Part shown: positions 1 to 8,792 of the stretch, in pieces
How the letters are laid out: each line of letters opens with the position of its first letter
Position numbering within the stretch: the first letter of the stretch is position 1
DNA from: a virus
Lineage: Duplodnaviria > Caudoviricetes
IMG/VR virus record: IMGVR_UViG_3300033180_000001
Location: 2,124 to 66,123 of that record
Reading direction: 5' to 3' (one strand)
Length of the DNA: 64,000 bases
The notes under the pieces: generated by a model
The model's input: the letters and a program-made list of their open reading frames with translations, nothing else
Database searches by the model: none
What the model was told of the DNA's origin: nothing
Position numbers and translations under genes: made by a program

Positions 1-425
1 ACATCGACGATCTGGACGATGAGCGGCTCAAAGAGGAACTACCTGAGGTGCGGGCTTACATGCCGGGGTACCTGCGATTCTTGAGCGACTGTCATCCGAA
101 CTATTCGAGCATCGAGGTACCGGTGTTCCACAAAGTTTTGCGCTATGCCGGAACCCCTGATCGCATCGGCGAGCTGACGTACCAGGGCGCGCGCATCAAA
201 GGTGCCGTGATCGACCTGAAGACCTCGGTGGCCTCGCATCCGTGCTGGGGGCTGCAGTGCTCAGCATATGCGCAAGCGGCGGGACTTCCAGCCGCGCGCC
301 GTTTCTCGCTGCAGCTGCGCAATGACGGCACCTACCGGTTGCTCGAATGGACCAGTCACGACGACTGGCCGGCCTTCGTCTCTCTACTCACGTTGCGCAC
401 TTGGCGCGAAAGGAATCGACTGTGA
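1..425 (+). CDS. PD-(D/E)xK exonuclease (phage recombination nuclease), 5' truncated by window edge
   Basis: Frame open from window start; YAGTPDRIG...VIDLKT...QCSAY matches RecB/Cas4-like nuclease motifs II-IV. Confidence 0.75.
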   Translation, partial: IDDLDDERLKEELPEVRAYMPGYLRFLSDCHPNYSSIEVPVFHKVLRYAGTPDRIGELTYQGARIKGAVIDLKTSVASHPCWGLQCSAYAQAAGLPAARRFSLQLRNDGTYRLLEWTSHDDWPAFVSLLTLRTWRERNRL

Positions 426-559
426 AGATCGCATGGCTTGTCAAAACGACTTCCGATGACGACACCTACGAGTGCCTCTTTGAGGAGCCGCCGAGCTGGT
501 ACAGCGTGATCATTCCGATCGTCTACACCGAAGTGAAAACTGGAGCACCTGAGCAATGA
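422..559 (+). CDS. small hypothetical protein (45 aa)
   Basis: GTG start overlaps upstream stop, AAGGA RBS, stop overlaps next ATG. Confidence 0.55.
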   Translation: MKIAWLVKTTSDDDTYECLFEEPPSWYSVIIPIVYTEVKTGAPEQ

Positions 560-1506
560 GCAACCTGATCGAAATCGAAGACGGCGCGATCGCGACCGTC
601 AGCAAGAAGGGCCCCGACGAGGCGCGCACCGCCCGCAAGGCGAACGCGCTGGTGGCGCTGGCCGAGTCGATGGAAGTCAAGACGCAGGCCGACTACGACC
701 TGGCCGCGGGCGAGCTGCGCACGATCGTCGCATTCCACGGCGAGCTCGAGGCCGAGCGCACCGGGTTCACCGGCCCGCTGAACCTGCTGCTGGACAAGAT
801 GAACGCGCGCTTCCAGCCCTACCTCAAGGCGCTGCGCGGCGACGGCAAGAAGGGCAGCGTGTCGGCCGAGTCGATCATCAAGGGCAAGATGAGCGCATTC
901 CTGGCCGAGCAGGAGCGCCTGGCCGCCGAGGAGCGCCGCAAGGCCGAAGCGCTGGCACAGGCCGAGCGCGATCGCCTGGCCGCCGAGGCCGAGCGCGTGC
1001 GCAAGGAAGCCGAGGCCGAAGCCGAGCGCCTGGCGCAGATCGAGCGCGATCGCGTGGCCGAAGCCGAGCGCCAGCAGAAGCTGGTCGACGATGCCGCGGC
1101 GCTGGTCAAGAACAAAGCGGCGCGCGCGCGGGCCGAGGAGGCCGCCGCGCTGCTGCGCAAGCAGAACGAGGAGGCCGCGGCCGAAGCTGCACGCCAGGCC
1201 GACGTGGCACGCGAACTGGCCGAGCGCCAGGCCGCCGCGCTGGAGACCACGGCAGCGGTCACGATCGCCCAGCCGGTGACTGTGGTGGTTAGCAAGGGCC
1301 GCGGGATCAGCACACCGAAGACGATCGACTGGGAGCTGCAGGACCTGCTGATGTTGGCCACGTTCATCGTGAACAAGCGCCCAGACCTGATCTACCTGCT
1401 GGCGGTCGAGGACAAGAAGATGGGCATGCAAGTCAAGCTGCAGGGGCTGGCCACGCAGATCGATGGCGTGCGGGTGTTCGAGCGCGTTGGCATTACGGTG
1501 CGTTGA
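556..1506 (+). CDS. long coiled-coil phage protein (Gp157/Gam-like recombination-region protein)
   Basis: 316 aa, A/E/R-rich heptads, C-terminal IDGVRVFE motif; next to exonuclease. Confidence 0.6.
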   Translation: MSNLIEIEDGAIATVSKKGPDEARTARKANALVALAESMEVKTQADYDLAAGELRTIVAFHGELEAERTGFTGPLNLLLDKMNARFQPYLKALRGDGKKGSVSAESIIKGKMSAFLAEQERLAAEERRKAEALAQAERDRLAAEAERVRKEAEAEAERLAQIERDRVAEAERQQKLVDDAAALVKNKAARARAEEAAALLRKQNEEAAAEAARQADVARELAERQAAALETTAAVTIAQPVTVVVSKGRGISTPKTIDWELQDLLMLATFIVNKRPDLIYLLAVEDKKMGMQVKLQGLATQIDGVRVFERVGITVR

Positions 1507-1508
1507 CC

Positions 1509-1700
1509 ATGGGTAAGGCAGACCTGAAACCTGGCGACAGCATTCGCCTCAACGATTTGGCCCGGATGGCATTCAGGGACCGCGACATCACCGTGGATGA
1601 GGTCAAAGGCTGGGGTGTCGAGTGCCACATGAAAGATGCTCAAGGTTTCATCTACTACTACCGCGCACCGTGGGAACAAATTCAAGGAATCGCGCTATGA
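1509..1700 (+). CDS. hypothetical protein
   Basis: ORF fits tightly packed operon. Confidence 0.6.
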   Translation: MGKADLKPGDSIRLNDLARMAFRDRDITVDEVKGWGVECHMKDAQGFIYYYRAPWEQIQGIAL

Positions 1701-1933
1701 GCGACACCGACTTTTCATACCAACCCGTGGCGGATGATTCTGGCCCCAGCCAGATCGTTATCGCCCCCGTGGACGGCCGCGTGGTGATGACCCTGACCGA
1801 GCCCATGCAGTGGGTCGGCATGACGCCCACGCAGGCGGTCTACATCGCGATGGCGATGATGCGCGCGGCCGTCGCCATCGACCCGTCGCTGGCGGACGGC
1901 GTGCCCGACAACGACACGCCGACGGTGAACTGA
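1697..1933 (+). CDS. hypothetical protein
   Basis: ATGA overlap, AAGGA RBS. Confidence 0.65.
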   Translation: MSDTDFSYQPVADDSGPSQIVIAPVDGRVVMTLTEPMQWVGMTPTQAVYIAMAMMRAAVAIDPSLADGVPDNDTPTVN

Positions 1934-2229
1934 TGGCTGCAGACCGAAGCGCGGAGTACAAGCACACGATCAGCCCGAGGCTGGCGGCGGCGCTGGAGCA
2001 CTACGCCACCACGCGCTACAACCTCGAGATGCCCACGGTGTTCGTCTACACCGATCCGAAGACGCATCACCAAAGCCCGTGGACCGTCGAGCGGACTATG
2101 GCAGCGGCACAGGAGCTGCTGGACTGCGACGGCCTCGCGTATCTGAAGCTGCGCGCGCTGCAGGCCGGCCTCAAGGCCAACGGCCTCGGGCGCGTCTACG
2201 AGAGGATCATGGGGGAGAAGCTGCCATGA
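1933..2229 (+). CDS. hypothetical protein
   Basis: TGATG coupling, GC3-rich codons. Confidence 0.65.
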   Translation: MAADRSAEYKHTISPRLAAALEHYATTRYNLEMPTVFVYTDPKTHHQSPWTVERTMAAAQELLDCDGLAYLKLRALQAGLKANGLGRVYERIMGEKLP

Positions 2230-2429
2230 GAGTCCGCATCGAGGTCAGTGGTCACCAGTATTCCCACGAGTACGTCGGCAACGTGCTGGCATGGGGTCAG
2301 ACGTCAGTTCTGTGGGGAGGGCACTTGCGGCAAACGCCGTGCGTGGTGATCGAGCTGGACGACAACAGCATCGAGGTTGTTCCCATCGGCGACTACGGCA
2401 TGCGTTATGCCAAGGTGACCCGCTTGTGA
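2226..2429 (+). CDS. hypothetical protein
   Basis: ATGA overlap, GGAG RBS. Confidence 0.6.
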   Translation: MRVRIEVSGHQYSHEYVGNVLAWGQTSVLWGGHLRQTPCVVIELDDNSIEVVPIGDYGMRYAKVTRL

Positions 2430-2908
2430 AGCGCACTGAGTTTCGCCGCAAACTGCCGCCGGCCCGCCCAGTCAAGCAGTACGACGGACAGACGCCAAGC
2501 GCACCGCGTGCACCAGCCGTTCGCGTGCACGACGATCGCGCGCAGATGGTGGTGCCGATCGCCAAGCACGACTACGTGCGCAGCGAGCCGCTGATGAAGG
2601 CCTATCGCTTGATCCGCTGCCAAGGCTGGCTCTGTGGTGTCGCTGATGGCACGGTCTGCGGGGCACACTCGAACTGGGCGATCCATGGCAAGGGTCGAAG
2701 CATCAAGGCCGACGACAACCGCTGCGCATCGCTGTGCTCACGCTGCCACCACGAGCTCGACCAGGGCCTGCGCCTCAATGACGAGCAAAAGCGCCGCATG
2801 TGGTGGCTGGCACACGTCGACACGGTGCGCGAGCTGCAGCACCAGAACCTGTGGCCGGCCGGCGTGCTGGTGCCCGACGTCGAGCACTTCCCAGAACAGT
2901 GGACATGA
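2426..2908 (+). CDS. Zn-binding HNH-like nuclease (DUF1364/YbcO-like, nin-region)
   Basis: C..C...AHSN..HGKG..IKADD...LCSRCHHELD motif; GTGA overlap. Confidence 0.65.
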   Translation: MKRTEFRRKLPPARPVKQYDGQTPSAPRAPAVRVHDDRAQMVVPIAKHDYVRSEPLMKAYRLIRCQGWLCGVADGTVCGAHSNWAIHGKGRSIKADDNRCASLCSRCHHELDQGLRLNDEQKRRMWWLAHVDTVRELQHQNLWPAGVLVPDVEHFPEQWT

Positions 2909-3351
2909 GCGACAACTTCATTTTCCACCGCGTGCTGCGTAGCGACAACGATGCGCGCGCACTGGTGGCCGCGCTCAAGTTGAATCGCAAGCCGATGGCT
3001 GATGCAGGCACACCGCTTCAGGTCACGGTCACGATCTACCGCGCGAGCAGGAAGCAGGAGCAAAACGCGCTGTATTGGGTGATCCTCGCGCAGATCGCGG
3101 ATCAGGCATGGGTCGCTGGTCGGCGCTTCGATGCCGAGACTTGGCACGTCCACTGCAAGCGGTCTTTCTTGCCAGAGGTGAACGAACGCGGAGCCGACAA
3201 GTGGCGGCTTCTGCCGAATGGTGATCGCGAATTGGTGATGTCGTCGACCGACCTCAACGTCAGCGAGTTTTCAACGTACCTCAACGAGGTCCAGGCATAT
3301 GCCACGACCGAACTGGGTGTGATGCTCTCTCAAAACCCGCGCGACCTTTGA
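2905..3351 (+). CDS. ninB: NinB/Orf family recombination mediator
   Basis: QNALYW..LAQIA.QAWV.G...W...K..FL...STDLNVSEFSTYLNEV.AY...LGV. Confidence 0.8.
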   Translation: MSDNFIFHRVLRSDNDARALVAALKLNRKPMADAGTPLQVTVTIYRASRKQEQNALYWVILAQIADQAWVAGRRFDAETWHVHCKRSFLPEVNERGADKWRLLPNGDRELVMSSTDLNVSEFSTYLNEVQAYATTELGVMLSQNPRDL

Positions 3352-3374
3352 AGCGCACAACCCGAAAGGCAGCT

Positions 3375-4175
3375 ATGCAGAATTTCTCTTTCCCGACGAT
3401 GACCGAGGCCGAAATCAAGTCCATCAACTTGAGAGCCGAGACGCATGGAAAGGACTTCGTTCCCGCGATCGACCTCGGCCTGCGCATCAAGGGGTCCAAC
3501 CGCATGCTGCTGATGTTCGGGCTGGGCCGCTTCTACGGCTACTTCGTCCCGGCCGATGCGCCCGCCGATGAGGAGCCGATGCAGGAGGAGCTGGACGGCA
3601 TGGAAGCCATCTCCGACCGGCCCAAGCTGCGCTTCAACGTCGAGAGCGAAGACCTGGGCATCGAGTACACCGGCTTCAATCTGGTTATCGACTACGGTGC
3701 TGGGGGCAAGTCGAATATCGAGCTGTTCGGCAACATCAAGAAGGTCAAGATTGCCGAGTTCCACGATGGCGGCAGCATCACGCTGGAGTTCACGTTCCAG
3801 GCCTCGGGTGTCGACGACAAGACCGTGGGCAAGCTGAGTGGCCTGCTACGCCACAAGGTGAAGTTCACCGCGCTGCGCAGCGCCGAGGCCGATGGCACGC
3901 AGGAGCATCTGCCGGGCACCGAATCGAAGGCTGGCGGCAAGGACAGTCCGTTCAAGTATTCGGCATCCGACACTGGCGGCCTGGTCGAGAACGCGACCGG
4001 CCGCACAGCGACCGATTTGTTCGTCGAAGGCGCTGCGCCGGCCGACCCGAAGGCTGCAGCCAAGGCTGCACGCGAGGCCGAGCGCGCCGCCAAGTTCCCG
4101 ACGGCAGCGAAGAAGGCTGCTGCAAAGAAGGTGCCGGCCAAGAAGGCCGCCGCCAAGAAGACCGCGAAGAAGTAA
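3375..4175 (+). CDS. hypothetical protein with histone-H1-like Lys/Ala tail
   Basis: C-terminus AAKKAAAKKVPAKKAAAKKTAKK. Confidence 0.75.
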   Translation: MQNFSFPTMTEAEIKSINLRAETHGKDFVPAIDLGLRIKGSNRMLLMFGLGRFYGYFVPADAPADEEPMQEELDGMEAISDRPKLRFNVESEDLGIEYTGFNLVIDYGAGGKSNIELFGNIKKVKIAEFHDGGSITLEFTFQASGVDDKTVGKLSGLLRHKVKFTALRSAEADGTQEHLPGTESKAGGKDSPFKYSASDTGGLVENATGRTATDLFVEGAAPADPKAAAKAAREAERAAKFPTAAKKAAAKKVPAKKAAAKKTAKK

Positions 4176-4183
4176 CGGGGTAC

Positions 4184-4209
4184 GCCGCGCGACCCCTCAC
4201 ACGCGCGGC
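4184..4209 (+). repeat. GC hairpin immediately before RBS, copy 1
   Basis: GCCGCGCG-loop-CGCGCGGC then ACAAGGA. Confidence 0.6.
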
Positions 4210-4222
4210 ACAAGGACCATCA

Positions 4223-4510
4223 ATGAACAATTTGAACACCACGCAGGCAGTGGCATCGGCGCCGTCTGAAATTGGCAGCGAGCTTGATTCGCTCGCGGCT
4301 TCGATCGACAACTTGGCGACGAAGCGTGCGCAGTTGAGTCAGCGCTTGGGCCCAGTCAGCCGAGGCTCCGCACCGAAGGCCGATTCGGCAACGACGAAGC
4401 CGGCAGCCGTGCTCGGCTCGTCGGTCGCCAGGTCCATCGAATCGGCGCGTGCTCAGATCGATTCCATCAGTGCGTCGATCGAGGCCGAGCTCCAAGCGCT
4501 GGCCATCTGA
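4223..4510 (+). CDS. hypothetical coiled-coil protein
   Basis: AAGGA RBS, 95 aa. Confidence 0.7.
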   Translation: MNNLNTTQAVASAPSEIGSELDSLAASIDNLATKRAQLSQRLGPVSRGSAPKADSATTKPAAVLGSSVARSIESARAQIDSISASIEAELQALAI

Positions 4511-4519
4511 CGTAGGGAC

Positions 4520-4541
4520 GCCGCGCACCCACTTGCGCGGC
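4520..4541 (+). repeat. GC hairpin immediately before RBS, copy 2
   Basis: GCCGCGCA-loop-TGCGCGGC then ACATCAAGGAG. Confidence 0.6.
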
Positions 4542-4558
4542 ACATCAAGGAGAGTTCA

Positions 4559-4903
4559 ATGGACATTCAACTGCCCCGCTGGCGCTGCCACAAGATCGTC
4601 CAGGCTGCCAAGATCATCGGGTTCCGTGAGAACGGCAACGCCGACATGCCGACCATCCTGCTCGATGGTGACTTGTCGGTCGACCTGCTGCCCGACTGGC
4701 ACGTCAAGCACACGCCGCACGTGGGCGACTATCTGGTGGTCTACGACGACAACTATGTCAGCGTGTCGCCGACGGCCGCGTTCGAGAACGGCTACACCCT
4801 GCTTGGCGAGACCCTGGTGGCGCAGCAGAACGAGCAGATGGCGCCGGGGCCCATCACGATGCTGGGCGGCGATCTGCTCGGCGCGGAGTCCACCGAAAAC
4901 TGA
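4559..4903 (+). CDS. conserved phage hypothetical protein
   Basis: LPRWRCHKIVQAAKI...GDYLVVYDDNYVSVSP..AFENGY; AAGGAG RBS. Confidence 0.75.
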   Translation: MDIQLPRWRCHKIVQAAKIIGFRENGNADMPTILLDGDLSVDLLPDWHVKHTPHVGDYLVVYDDNYVSVSPTAAFENGYTLLGETLVAQQNEQMAPGPITMLGGDLLGAESTEN

Positions 4904-4909
4904 TTCAAG

Positions 4910-5068
4910 GGGATGGCGGCGTGGAGAGTCGGAGACACGCAAAGTCTATGAGTCCGGTAGACAGAAAACTTACGTGGCTAAGGCAGGTAGGTGGCCAGCT
5001 AGACCTGAAAGCCAGCAATGGCCAGACTTCTAACACCTCGCCGGGGTAACGACCGGCCCATCCCACCC
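4910..5068 (+). ncRNA. tRNA-like structured ncRNA (acceptor stem plus T-arm-like hairpin; C4/CI/CA-RNA-like architecture)
   Basis: GGGATGG 4910-16 pairs CCATCCC 5058-64, followed by ACC; GCCGG/CCGGC arm 5040-57; GCGTG/CACGC 4919-40; AAGTCT/AGACTT; intergenic. Confidence 0.65.
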
Positions 5069-5093
5069 CTCAATTCAAACCAAGGAAGTAGAC

Positions 5094-5378
5094 ATGCCCA
5101 AGTCCAATATCGCATTGACCCTGACGCCCGAGTCCAGCCAGATCCATGGCTACGGCTGGGAGAACGGCACGCTCGCGCTCGAGTTCAACTCGAACCACGA
5201 GAAGGTCACGTATCACTACCCGTTCACGCCCGAGCAGTTCGCTGCGTTCGAAGCGGCCGAGTCCAAGGGCAAACACTTCTACGCCAACATCAAGAAGCAG
5301 TACGCCGAGGAAGGCAGCTTCGAGCGGCTGTACAAGGAGCCCGTGCCGGCTGACTCCGAAGGCGGCGAGGCCGCATGA
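5094..5378 (+). CDS. KTSC domain protein
   Basis: SSQIHGYGW..GTLALEF....YHY...P..F.AF.AAESKGKHFYANIK. Confidence 0.85.
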   Translation: MPKSNIALTLTPESSQIHGYGWENGTLALEFNSNHEKVTYHYPFTPEQFAAFEAAESKGKHFYANIKKQYAEEGSFERLYKEPVPADSEGGEAA

Positions 5379-5692
5379 GTAAGACCGCCGCCCCTTCCAA
5401 GCGCGGCGGGTCGCGCACCACAGGCATGAGCCTGCGGGATGGCACGCTCAACGGCATCATGCTGCGCTGGCGTCGTCATCGCGGCATCGGTCGCCCCATT
5501 CCGTACTTGCTCGGGTACTGGGTCGATGTCGACGGCGTGCAGCGGCAGAACGGTGCCAGTCTTGAGGCCAACTCAGTCGTCGCAGCAATCGAACATGCGC
5601 TTGCGCCGCGGCGCGAGGTCGGCATGCCGGTACCAAGCATCAGCAAGGCGCGCGCCGCAGTGAATCGCTTTCTCAAAGAAGGTCCACCATGA
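5375..5692 (+). CDS. hypothetical basic protein (possibly AP2-like DNA binding)
   Basis: ATGA overlap; R-rich beta region followed by helix. Confidence 0.55.
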   Translation: MSKTAAPSKRGGSRTTGMSLRDGTLNGIMLRWRRHRGIGRPIPYLLGYWVDVDGVQRQNGASLEANSVVAAIEHALAPRREVGMPVPSISKARAAVNRFLKEGPP

Positions 5693-5895
5693 ACGACCTG
5701 CTGCCGTGCCCTTTCTGTGGGGGTCTGAAAAGCACACCGTACGAAGAATCTGGCCTCACGATGATGGCTTGCTTCATGTGTGGTTGCTATGGGCCGGCAG
5801 CAGCAAGCCGAGAGCGTGCATTGCAACTTTGGAATACGCGCACGTTCAATGCGGCAGTGCAAGCCATTCCCGACTGCGGTGAAGGTGTCAAGTGA
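5689..5895 (+). CDS. Lar-family restriction alleviation protein
   Basis: LLPCPFCGG...C..CGC.GP...A...WNTR. Confidence 0.75.
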   Translation: MNDLLPCPFCGGLKSTPYEESGLTMMACFMCGCYGPAAASRERALQLWNTRTFNAAVQAIPDCGEGVK

Positions 5896-6073
5896 TCTTT
5901 TTGCGGGCATCAGCCAATCCGCTCATAGGTACAGCATTCCAGAAACGCATGCAAGAACGATGGCGCACAAAAACGTCATAGACACTCTACTGAATGGGCT
6001 TTGCTCTTCGAGCACGCCCGACAAAACGCCTCAACTCATCGGCGACTCTCTCAAACCAATCCGGGGAAGACCA

Positions 6074-6310
6074 ATGACAGAAATCGAAGCTACCAAGATC
6101 GCTCGCGATGCCTTCATCCAACACGAAGGTCGCGAGATGGTGTTCGAGGGTGCAATGCCTTGGGTGATCAGCGCAATCAAGGCAGGTGCAGCAGCGGGCT
6201 ACCAGAAAGGCTACCGCGAAGCCGACAAGGAAGCGCGTGAAGGCGCTATCGCGACAGCGACCGAGGCTCGATGGCAAGAGCGGCAGGGCGAAGACTACGG
6301 GAGCTTCTGA
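6074..6310 (+). CDS. hypothetical protein (start uncertain; frame open from 5780)
   Basis: GGGGAAG RBS before ATG 6074; stop overlaps next ATG. Confidence 0.6.
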   Translation: MTEIEATKIARDAFIQHEGREMVFEGAMPWVISAIKAGAAAGYQKGYREADKEAREGAIATATEARWQERQGEDYGSF

Positions 6311-6849
6311 TGGACCTGCCTGAACAACTCCAGACCAAGAACGTCATGCACGGCAGCGGCGCCAAGGGTGCGTCGATGTACGTCAACGAGGACACGCTGG
6401 GCCTCGGTGTCGTCGTGATCACCACGCGCAAAGCCGGCAATCAGCCCTTCTCGTCGGTCTACCTGCACAAGTGGATGCCCGATCAGGAATTCACCAGCTA
6501 CAGCGCGCTGCGCGTGGCGGTATCGGCCGTGACCGATGAGATGGTGGTGGCCGAGAAAGCGAAGTGGCCGCAGCTGGTCAGCGCAGTGGTCGGCGACCAT
6601 GCGGCCAACAAGTGCATGCGCCACCGTGACCGCCCGAGCCGCATGCGCGCCAGCGTGGCCACGTGCTGGATTCCGATGCTCAACGACTCGTGCGGGCTGT
6701 GCCAGGAGTGCAGCGTGCACGCCACCGGAAACGGCCAGGGCATCGTGGACATGATGGAGGAGCGACGGGCCTATGTGGCTGCGCTGCCGCCGCTGCGCGA
6801 GCGCCTGGGGCTGGACAAGCCGCTGTCCGACGACGACTACCCATTCTGA
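6310..6849 (+). CDS. hypothetical protein with Cys/His cluster
   Basis: TGATG coupling, strong codon bias. Confidence 0.65.
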   Translation: MDLPEQLQTKNVMHGSGAKGASMYVNEDTLGLGVVVITTRKAGNQPFSSVYLHKWMPDQEFTSYSALRVAVSAVTDEMVVAEKAKWPQLVSAVVGDHAANKCMRHRDRPSRMRASVATCWIPMLNDSCGLCQECSVHATGNGQGIVDMMEERRAYVAALPPLRERLGLDKPLSDDDYPF

Positions 6850-6851
6850 CC

Positions 6852-7463
6852 ATGAAAGAACGTCCAATTCTCTATTCCGCGCCGATGGTTCTGGCCAAAC
6901 GCGCTGGCCGCAAGACGCAGACCCGGCGCGTGTTCAAACAAGCCACTGGCCTGAGCCTCAGTGTCGACTGTGAAGACGGCATCGCCGAGCTGTCCTGGTT
7001 GCACGGCGACGGGCCTGGCTACGACGTGCACGAGACGATTGAGCGTGTGCCGTGTCCCTACGGTGTGCCAGGCGACCGACTGTGGACGCGAGAGGCCTGG
7101 CGCAGCGGCAAGCTCACCGATCCGTTCCCGCCACGCGAGATGACGCCACATGTGGTCTGGTACGAGGCCGATGGCCCAGCACCGGAGGCCACGAACGGCA
7201 AGCTGCGCCCTGGCATGTTCATGCCACGCTGGGCTTGTCGTTCCGTCGACGAAGTGACTGAGGTGCGCGTGCAACTGCTGAAAAACATCAGCGAGGCCGA
7301 CTGCATCGCCGAGGGTTGTGCGGGCGGCCACGGCGCGATCCCGGGCTATGTTTACAGCGCCACGCCGAGCGAACACTACCGTCATGTCTGGGAGTCGATC
7401 AACGGCCCCGGCAGTTGGGACGAGAACCCCTACGTGTGGTGCGTGTCGTTCAGGAGCGTGTGA
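6852..7463 (+). CDS. ASCH/PUA-like domain phage protein
   Basis: KERPILYSAPMV.A..AGRKTQTRR...CPYG.PGDRLW.RE...MPRWA.R...WDENPYVWCVSF. Confidence 0.8.
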   Translation: MKERPILYSAPMVLAKRAGRKTQTRRVFKQATGLSLSVDCEDGIAELSWLHGDGPGYDVHETIERVPCPYGVPGDRLWTREAWRSGKLTDPFPPREMTPHVVWYEADGPAPEATNGKLRPGMFMPRWACRSVDEVTEVRVQLLKNISEADCIAEGCAGGHGAIPGYVYSATPSEHYRHVWESINGPGSWDENPYVWCVSFRSV

Positions 7464-7753
7464 TGCCACCGTTCTACGTCGTCAACGGCATGCGCATGCA
7501 CCTGAAGCTCGCCGGCCCGCCGAGCAAGTGGCCCAAGCCCTGCATGGCATTTGTCGAGCGCAATGGCATTCGGTGCCACTGCCATGGCATCAGCACCCTG
7601 CTGTGCGACTGGCCGGTGGGCGATGCGACCTGCGACATGCCAATGTGCGCCGCGCATGGCACCGAGCACAACGCGAAGGCGGGCGACGACCGGCATTACT
7701 GCCCCAAACATATGGCCGAGCATCGCGCGGCCAACCCGGAGCTGTTCCCATGA
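7463..7753 (+). CDS. Cys/His-rich zinc-finger-like protein
   Basis: LCDWPV...TCDMPMC..H...HYCPKH. Confidence 0.65.
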   Translation: MPPFYVVNGMRMHLKLAGPPSKWPKPCMAFVERNGIRCHCHGISTLLCDWPVGDATCDMPMCAAHGTEHNAKAGDDRHYCPKHMAEHRAANPELFP

Positions 7754-7956
7754 TGCTCACCACCGAAGGCCAGCAATGGGCTGGCCATACCCTCGCAGAA
7801 CAAGCCGCCGAGCTGCGGAAACAGGCCGTGGCGCTGCGCAAACGGGGTGCAAGCCATCTTCCTATCCGTCCGGCCGCCGAGGTTGTGGCGGCGGCCTATG
7901 ACCGGGCGGCTATTGAGCTCGAGCGTACACGCAAGTCCATCAACCAAGGAGCATGA
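7750..7956 (+). CDS. hypothetical protein
   Basis: ATGA overlaps both ends. Confidence 0.6.
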   Translation: MMLTTEGQQWAGHTLAEQAAELRKQAVALRKRGASHLPIRPAAEVVAAAYDRAAIELERTRKSINQGA

Positions 7957-8201
7957 CCATGGGTACAGGAACTGACGCAGCACGCGCTGCCGGCAATGTC
8001 GCGCACGCGGACGCGATCGACAACATGAAAGACCAACTGTTGATCGTGTTGATAAAGCGGCTGCTGGACCGGAGCGGCGGCGGCGACACGCTGACCATTC
8101 CGGTCGCCGAGGTCGACGATGTGCCGGGCAATTTCCTCCTCGCGTTCAACCTCGACATCGACGCGCGAGCCTTCAACTTCGTTCTGCAGGCCAAACAATG
8201 A
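7953..8201 (+). CDS. hypothetical protein
   Basis: AAGGAG RBS, overlap coupling. Confidence 0.65.
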   Translation: MTMGTGTDAARAAGNVAHADAIDNMKDQLLIVLIKRLLDRSGGGDTLTIPVAEVDDVPGNFLLAFNLDIDARAFNFVLQAKQ

Positions 8202-8776
8202 TCCCCACCCAAGTCAAGAAGATGATCGCGAAAGAGGGCGTCTACCTCGTGCAGCACCCGACCAACAAGGGCTATTCAGTCGTGCACGTTAGCGAGATTG
8301 GCGTGTGTGAGCAGATGGCCTTCGATGGCGTGCTGGTGCCCGAGCGTTGGCATCCCGACGTCGTCGTACGCGGGCCGCTGACGCTGGACATGGAGCCGAT
8401 TGCAGGCGACCCACCACCAGCCCCTCCCGTGCCGCCGGTCGACCGCAGCGCCAAGACACTGACCGACGGCACCCCGGTCACGGAGGACCACCGCGACATC
8501 AACCCGGCCACCGGCCAGCAGAAGGGCTACGTGGTGCTGAGCGATGAGGAACGCGCGAAGGGCTTTGTGCGGCCGGTGCGCAACAGATACGTGCACGACA
8601 AAGCCCTGGGCGGCTGCGGCTCGACGACCGTGATGGGCCGAACGCTCGCGGAGACCTATGCGCGCGATCCGTCGTTCTACAGCGGCACGTTCTGCGTGAA
8701 CTGCAAGGCGCACTTCCCGGTCGGCGAAGACGGCGAGTTCATCTGGTTTGGCACCAACGAGAAAGTGGGAACTTGA
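8198..8776 (+). CDS. two-domain phage hypothetical protein with C-terminal Zn-ribbon-like domain
   Basis: YVVLSDEERAKGFVRPVR..YVH..CG...AETYARDP.FY.GTFC..C; Pro-rich linker. Confidence 0.7.
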   Translation: MIPTQVKKMIAKEGVYLVQHPTNKGYSVVHVSEIGVCEQMAFDGVLVPERWHPDVVVRGPLTLDMEPIAGDPPPAPPVPPVDRSAKTLTDGTPVTEDHRDINPATGQQKGYVVLSDEERAKGFVRPVRNRYVHDKALGGCGSTTVMGRTLAETYARDPSFYSGTFCVNCKAHFPVGEDGEFIWFGTNEKVGT

Positions 8777-8780
8777 TCCA

Positions 8781-8786
8781 TAAACT
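8781..8786 (+). promoter_or_regulatory. putative -10 box giving a leaderless transcript for the LexA-like gene
   Basis: TAAACT ends 6 nt before ATG 8793; no SD. Confidence 0.4.
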
Positions 8787-8792
8787 CGGCGC

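Noticed and set aside
4910-5068. Canonical tRNA or tmRNA
   Set aside because: No anticodon arm, no TTC loop, no G3-U70 pair or tag ORF, wrong length
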